Part shown: one piece after another, positions 58,773 to 64,000 of the stretch
Layout: each line of letters opens with the position of its first letter
How positions within the stretch are numbered: the stretch's first letter is position 1
NCBI GenBank assembly: GCA_031375485.1
Contig: JANMHX010000025.1
Coordinates: forward strand, 35,360-99,359
Length of the DNA stretch: 64,000 nucleotides
Direction of reading: 5' to 3'
Source: Gemmatimonadota bacterium
Lineage (GTDB): Bacteria > Gemmatimonadota > Gemmatimonadetes > Gemmatimonadales > GWC2-71-9
Notes under the pieces: generated by a model
What the model saw: only the letters and a program-made list of their open reading frames with translations
The model's database searches: none
Told to the model about the DNA's origin: nothing
Program-made: the position numbers and the translations under genes

Positions 58773-59843
58773 ATGTTGCCGTTGCGAGCCTCTGTCCTGT
58801 CCGCGGCCACCGCGAGCGTCTTGGCGCTGGCGGCCTGCGGGGACGTGATCCAAGAGCCGTTGTCCCCGCCCCCCGAGGGCCTCACCGTCTCGCTCCGTGA
58901 CACGGCGTTTGCCGGTGAGATGACGTGGCTCGCAGTCGAGCGGCCGGTCCTCGACACCGGGACCATCAGCTACGAATCCAGCGATCCCACGGTCATCGCC
59001 GTCGACCCCGACGGACGGGTCTTCCCCTTCAAGAGCGGCACGGCCACGATTACCGTCCGGTCCCCCAATCTGTCCGGAACCATCACGCCCCAGATTCGCT
59101 CCCGTCCCGACAGCTTCAAGGTGGCTTTTCGGTTTCGGTGGTCGCCGAACCCGGAGGAGCGGGCGGTGCTCGACCGGGCGGCCATGCGGTGGCAGCGGGT
59201 GCTCCGGCAGGCCGCCCCGACGACGACCGCGTTTCCAGCGGGTGGGTGTCTCCCCGGCACGGCGGCCGAAGCGATCCGCCATCAAGGAGTGACCATCTGG
59301 CTCGATCGGTTTGACGATGGGTCGGTGGCCCCGGGCGTCACCGGAACCGCCGGTCCCTGTGTGGTGGACGAACTCGGACGGACCCGGGTTGGCGTGATGG
59401 CGTTCCGTCGGTCGTTCAGCACGTCCGTGACGACCATGACCGCACTCGAGAAGGCCGCTTGGGAGAATCAGTTCGTCCACCAGTTGGGCCAGAGTTTCGG
59501 ACTGACCGGCCTCACGGTGTTCGGGGTGCCACGTCCGGAACTCGATCAATCGGTGGCCGGACAGCCGCGGTGGACGGGGGCGGCGGCCCTCGCCGCCTAT
59601 CGGGCCGCCGGCGGGACCGGCGCCGGGGTCCCGATCACCGCCGACCTCAACTTCTGGCAGAGCGACGCCGGAACCGCCGGCGACGTGATGCTGGCGTCGG
59701 TGACCGCGGCGAGCCGGATCAGCCGGGTCAGCGCCGGGGCGCTGGCCGACCGAGGCTACTCGGTCGACCTCTCCCGGGCCGAGCCGGTGCCGATTCTCTT
59801 GGCACCGGCCTTGGCGCTCCGAACGGTCCGGTATCAGCCCTGA
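58773..59843 (+). CDS. Lipoprotein with Big_2 Ig-like domain and leishmanolysin-like (M8-like) domain lacking HExxH
   Basis: Lipobox in SVLALAACG. The Big_2-like segment is SSDPTVIAVDPDGRVFPFKSGTATITV. The M8-like layout is FRFRW...RAAMRWQRVL...GTAGPCVV...FVHQLGQSFG. Confidence 0.7.
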   Translation: MLPLRASVLSAATASVLALAACGDVIQEPLSPPPEGLTVSLRDTAFAGEMTWLAVERPVLDTGTISYESSDPTVIAVDPDGRVFPFKSGTATITVRSPNLSGTITPQIRSRPDSFKVAFRFRWSPNPEERAVLDRAAMRWQRVLRQAAPTTTAFPAGGCLPGTAAEAIRHQGVTIWLDRFDDGSVAPGVTGTAGPCVVDELGRTRVGVMAFRRSFSTSVTTMTALEKAAWENQFVHQLGQSFGLTGLTVFGVPRPELDQSVAGQPRWTGAAALAAYRAAGGTGAGVPITADLNFWQSDAGTAGDVMLASVTAASRISRVSAGALADRGYSVDLSRAEPVPILLAPALALRTVRYQP

Positions 59844-59846
59844 CGC

Positions 59847-62800
59847 CTATTGTTGGCGCTTGAACAAATCCTCGCTGAACTTGAAGCCGAAGTGGAGGTA
59901 GAAACCGCGATCGGTGGTGGCGCCGTCGCTGGTCAGGTCCTGATTCTTGAACCCGAGCACGTTGTACCCGACCGCCACCCGCATGTTGGTGACCACCGTC
60001 CGGCCCAGTTCAACCCCCGCCCCATACTGGCGCCCGTTGCTCGACAGCAGGCTCCCGATCAGCCCCGCATCCCAACTCGGCAGGAAGTCATAGAGGGCCC
60101 GGACCGAGCCGAGGACCGCCCGATTCGAGCTGACGAGCCCATTGCTTTGGTCGGTGGCCCACTTGCCCGCCAACCGGCCCGACATCCAGACGCTCCGAAG
60201 CGGCTGATAGTTGAGATGGGCCGACAGGATGTTGGTCTTCTGGACCGTGGCGTCGCCCCCGCTCGGCGCCAAGCGCTCGAACCGGTTTTCCCACCGGGCC
60301 AAGCCGTTCCACCGGTTCCGGTCGGTTTCCCGCCAGGCAAACCCGACCTGGTTCCGGGTCCGTTTGCCGCCGTCGCCGAAGGTGTTGTAGAGGGCCCGGC
60401 CCAACACGGTCCAATCGCGGTCGAGCTTCCGGGCGTAGCCTAACGTGGCCAGGAAGTTGTCACCCGCCGCGTTCGGCGCGAACCGGTATTCGACCCGCGC
60501 GGTACCACGCCAGAGCGGACTGGTGGTGTACTCGACCCCGGCGGTGATAGCCGTCGCCTCGCCCTGACCGACGCCCTTCAGCACATCGACCCGCTCGAAG
60601 CCGGTGTTGAGCACCAACCCGCGGCGAAGGTTCCAGCGATTCCGAAGCCCGATCGCCGCCTCGGTCTGGCGGCCCGAGAAGGCGTCGCTCGCCCGGTACT
60701 CGCCGAAGAACTGGCCATCCTTGGTGTAGCCGGCATCGAGGCCGATGACGGTGGTGGCCTGGCGCTGCGATCCATTCAGGGCAAACGGCCCCGCGAAGGA
60801 ACTCAGGAACTCGTGCCGGCCATAGAGCCGGAGCCGGTCGAACAACACGTATTGACCACCCAGGGCCCCGCGCCGTTGATCGCTCTCCTTCAGATCCTGC
60901 TCGAACTCGCCGAACACCGAGGCCCGTGGCTGGCCCGGCACTTGGACCGTGACCCTGGTGCGGAGCGCGTTGGTTTCGTTGAGGCTGTCGCGGCCGAACC
61001 GATAGCCCAGCTCGGCCCGGACCGACTTGCCGAACTGCCGCTCGAACGAGGCCAGGAACCCGTCCCGCCGCCGACCCGACACTTTGTCGTCGCTCCGAAG
61101 GGCTTCACCAATGAACCGGGTCCGGTCGTCGAGCACGGCACTCCCGCGGATCCCGAGTTCCGACCGGCCCCGCTGGAAGGTCGAGGATTGGTTCGAGAAT
61201 CCACTGTCGCTCGTCGCGCCAAACACCGTCCCCTGGAACTTGGCCGACGCGTGCCGGAGTTCGAACCGCGCGGCGCCGCCCCGGAAGCTGGCCGAGTCGC
61301 CGTCGGTGTGGGCCACTTCCGCGACCAGCACGGTCCCGGGAGCCACCTGCACCGCGGCGTTCGCGCTGTAGAGTTTTCGATTGCTCAGCGGCTGTTCGTC
61401 TCGAACGATGCCACCGCCAATCTCGGCCTTGTCACCCAGCTTCACCTGGCCATCGGCACCGTAGACCCAGAACTCCTGGCCGGCGCGTTCCACCTCATAG
61501 AGCACCCGGATCGAGACCGGATTCAAATCCGCGTCGACACTCGCCACCGGAGCGAAGAACAGCAGGCGTCCGGTGAAGGGCTCCAGGGTGTAGTCCGTGA
61601 ACCGGGTCAACTGGACCGAGGCAATGATCCGGCTCGGTTGGTTCCGGTCCCGGGTCAGGATCTCGACCTTCTCGCTGTTGATCCGGCCGTCGGAGCGCCG
61701 CAATTGATACGGGCCCGAGATGCCTTGCCCCGGAATTTCCTCGACCACTTGGCTCAGCCGGTCGCGGCTCGCGAAGAGGTTCAGTTGTCCGACCCGGCCT
61801 TCGGCATGGCCCAGCGCGCCGGTCAGACTTCGCTGATAGGCACCCAATTCGCGCGCGGCGAGGGCGCCGTTCCCGGCGCTCGGCGTGATGTAGTCGCCGT
61901 AGAGCGCAAAGCTCCGGTCGGCATCGATCCGGACATAGAGCCGGTCGAAGGATTGGGCCCCGAACTCCTTGATCGAGGCATCGCCGTACACCGGATAGAA
62001 CTCGTCGGGCTGGATGTCGCGGAACATCCGGCGTTCCGGATCACCCTCGGTATCGTAGGCCAGGGTCAGGAGCGTCGAGCCCTTGACCTTGCCCTGGAGG
62101 AACAACGCGCCGCGGGCGGCCGCCGTGAACCGGCCGTCATCGCTCGTGGTGCGAAGGTCCTTGAGTTCCCGTTCGAACCGGTCCGATGCGGTGACCTGGG
62201 TCAACCCGTTCTTGAGGAGCGACCGGAGGTCGATCCGGGCTTCGACGAGGCCGTTCACCAACATCGGGCGAGTGGCCGGCAGGAAGACGATCTGCGCCGT
62301 GTTGATCCGGAGGCCGTTGGTGACCCGGATCTCTCCGACACCGGCCTCGGAACTCGCCACGAGCGTAAAGTCGCCCTGGCCGTTGGCCAACATGGCCTGG
62401 ACGCCCGGCTCCACCGGGTCGAGATCCCGGGCCAACCACCGGCCCAGACTGGCCTCGAGGGTGATCGGCTGTTCCGAGGCGATCAGATTCCGGTCGCGAT
62501 CGAGCACTTTGACCCGAACGGCGATGGCGGTGTTGCCGTCGGCCGGCAGGCTTCGCCGAGCCGGTATCAGTTCGATGCTGCCGTTCGGGATGGCGGTAAG
62601 CGGCACCGTCGTGCCGGGGAGCCGGCTGACCGGCAGCCGGTTCGCCTCGTCGATCGGGTTGGCGGATGACTGCGCCGACAGCGGCCGGTAGGCTGGTGCC
62701 CGGGCCGTGTCACTGGCGGCGTCGACGGCCACGATGGGCCGGTCCTGCCCCGGCCGATCGGTACCAGCCAGCGAATCGATGATCACACCGGTGATCTCAC

Positions 62801-64000
62801 CGCGATCGCGGCGGAACCCGACGGTGGCGCCGACCGAGTCGACGAACCGAATCGCGAAGTCGGCTTTGTGGAGCTCGCCATTCTTCAGATCGACGAACCG
62901 GCTGGTGCCGTCGCGGGCGTTTCGGCTGTCGATGTCGATCAGCCGGGCGCCGCCGGGCAGCGTCGTCGGGTCGACCTTCACCACATGGAGACCCGAGACG
63001 ATGCCGTAGAGGTTGTACTTGCCTTCGAGATCGGTCACGACGCTGGTGCCGTCCTCGAGGAAGATCCGGACCCCGGGGACCCCGACACTATCTCGAACCG
63101 CGGCTCGGCTCGAGTCGGGGCCGACGGAATCGCGCTGGGTCAGGTAGACCTTGCCGAAGATGATGCCGCGATCGGTAAAGACGCCCTTGGTGACCCGAAC
63201 CACCGCCATCGCGACCGGTGACTCGAGGCCGGTTCCGCTCTTGGCTTGGGCCCGGTTGGCGCCATCACCGAGGGTGGCGCCGGCGCCGAGCTTGACGCGA
63301 TAGGTGAGCCGGAACGACGCGTTCGGACCGAGGTTTCCGGCCGCGAAGGTGAGCTTCGGCCCGGGAGCCCCGGCCGGATCGGCAATCGGAAGGAGATCGA
63401 TCCGGGCGGTGCTCCGCTGGTAGGTGAAGCCCCGGGGCAAAATGTCGGTGACCGAGACGTCGGGCACCTCGCTCGCGGTCCGGTTGGTGACGACGACGGT
63501 GTAGTCGATCACGTCGCCCACTTCGGCTTCGGACCGGGAGGCCGCTTTCTCGATGACCAACGGGCTGATCCGCTGGAGCGGCGCCGAATCGGTCGCGACG
63601 TTGTTGCCGCTTTCGTCGGTATCGCCGGGGGTGCTGATCACGACCCGGTTGACGACGGTGTTGGCCGCGGTGGCGCCGACCAAGACCTTGAGGGTCACGG
63701 TGGTCGTGGCGCCGACCGCAAACGGCACGGTATCGAACCGGCAGGTCACCACGCGGCCAAGGTTGGAGCAACTCCACCCCGCACCGGCGAACGACCGGTA
63801 GGTCAGACCGGCCGGCAACGTGTCGGTCATCGTGAACGGGCCGATGGTCGACACCGGGCCCACGTTGGTGACGGTGATGGTGTAGGTCGCGATCGCCCCC
63901 GGAATGAAGTCGCCGGTGTGGGCTTTGGCGACGGCCAGGTCGATCGGGGCGACGTCGGTGATCACGATGCCGCCAGGACCGGTGCCGTTGTTGTTGCCCG
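59847..64000 (-). CDS. Giant surface protein: DUF11 repeats + Ig-like/CarboxypepD_reg-like domains + C-terminal beta-barrel (N-terminus outside window)
   Basis: The reading frame stays open to position 64000. The upstream codons read GNNNGTGPGGI, so the GTG at 63965 is not a real start. Two DUF11-type repeats are present (YTITVTNVGP..., YTVVVTNRTA...). The C-terminal roughly 550 aa show alternating beta-strand patterns and end in YLHFGFKF. Confidence 0.85.
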   Translation of the reverse strand, partial: GNNNGTGPGGIVITDVAPIDLAVAKAHTGDFIPGAIATYTITVTNVGPVSTIGPFTMTDTLPAGLTYRSFAGAGWSCSNLGRVVTCRFDTVPFAVGATTTVTLKVLVGATAANTVVNRVVISTPGDTDESGNNVATDSAPLQRISPLVIEKAASRSEAEVGDVIDYTVVVTNRTASEVPDVSVTDILPRGFTYQRSTARIDLLPIADPAGAPGPKLTFAAGNLGPNASFRLTYRVKLGAGATLGDGANRAQAKSGTGLESPVAMAVVRVTKGVFTDRGIIFGKVYLTQRDSVGPDSSRAAVRDSVGVPGVRIFLEDGTSVVTDLEGKYNLYGIVSGLHVVKVDPTTLPGGARLIDIDSRNARDGTSRFVDLKNGELHKADFAIRFVDSVGATVGFRRDRGEITGVIIDSLAGTDRPGQDRPIVAVDAASDTARAPAYRPLSAQSSANPIDEANRLPVSRLPGTTVPLTAIPNGSIELIPARRSLPADGNTAIAVRVKVLDRDRNLIASEQPITLEASLGRWLARDLDPVEPGVQAMLANGQGDFTLVASSEAGVGEIRVTNGLRINTAQIVFLPATRPMLVNGLVEARIDLRSLLKNGLTQVTASDRFERELKDLRTTSDDGRFTAAARGALFLQGKVKGSTLLTLAYDTEGDPERRMFRDIQPDEFYPVYGDASIKEFGAQSFDRLYVRIDADRSFALYGDYITPSAGNGALAARELGAYQRSLTGALGHAEGRVGQLNLFASRDRLSQVVEEIPGQGISGPYQLRRSDGRINSEKVEILTRDRNQPSRIIASVQLTRFTDYTLEPFTGRLLFFAPVASVDADLNPVSIRVLYEVERAGQEFWVYGADGQVKLGDKAEIGGGIVRDEQPLSNRKLYSANAAVQVAPGTVLVAEVAHTDGDSASFRGGAARFELRHASAKFQGTVFGATSDSGFSNQSSTFQRGRSELGIRGSAVLDDRTRFIGEALRSDDKVSGRRRDGFLASFERQFGKSVRAELGYRFGRDSLNETNALRTRVTVQVPGQPRASVFGEFEQDLKESDQRRGALGGQYVLFDRLRLYGRHEFLSSFAGPFALNGSQRQATTVIGLDAGYTKDGQFFGEYRASDAFSGRQTEAAIGLRNRWNLRRGLVLNTGFERVDVLKGVGQGEATAITAGVEYTTSPLWRGTARVEYRFAPNAAGDNFLATLGYARKLDRDWTVLGRALYNTFGDGGKRTRNQVGFAWRETDRNRWNGLARWENRFERLAPSGGDATVQKTNILSAHLNYQPLRSVWMSGRLAGKWATDQSNGLVSSNRAVLGSVRALYDFLPSWDAGLIGSLLSSNGRQYGAGVELGRTVVTNMRVAVGYNVLGFKNQDLTSDGATTDRGFYLHFGFKFSEDLFKRQQ

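Overview
This is a GC-rich (by eye about two-thirds G+C), very gene-dense chromosomal segment. I support about 50 CDS, and no non-coding gap exceeds about 170 bp. I saw no rRNA, tRNA, CRISPR array, transposase, integrase or prophage genes. The gene content points to a Gemmatimonadota/Acidobacteriota-like soil bacterium (inference only): a PadR + orphan ADOP permease pair, two roughly 1040-aa sortilin-like BNR proteins, many exported peptidases, and Tat-exported oxidoreductases. Many operon junctions use 4-bp ATGA/GTGA stop-start overlaps, and I used this to correct several longest-ORF starts.

Items most worth a second look:
1. A six-gene minus-strand cluster (44525-50946). A split ACAD10/11- or lva-type module (acyl-CoA dehydrogenase, SDR, APH-like kinase) is chained by 4-bp overlaps to a Tat-signal FMN alpha-hydroxy-acid oxidase and a YcaQ-type DNA glycosylase. 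A Tat-signal aldo/keto reductase follows. I propose a reactive lipid-aldehyde / 4-hydroxy-acid detoxification plus DNA-repair unit.
2. A 35-bp element made of five heptamers (CTCGGYR) occurs three times, always on the + strand. One copy lies in frame inside an M24 peptidase gene beside a perfect hairpin. One lies between two G-quadruplex motifs in a divergent promoter. One forms the C-terminus of an SDR gene.
3. Two perfect 9-bp direct repeats, CCGTTCAGC-N12-CCGTTCAGC, match LytTR-box geometry and sit upstream of an operon encoding a LytS/LytTR two-component system.
4. A partial giant protein (over 1380 aa) combines DUF11, Ig-like and C-terminal beta-barrel regions. It lies next to a leishmanolysin-like lipoprotein whose HExxH motif has degenerated.
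5. Two peptide-catabolism operons: amidohydrolase - M81 - MFS - CocE/NonD, and BNR - S9 - M24.

All functional calls rest on motifs I could read in the translations plus recalled family knowledge. No database search was run.
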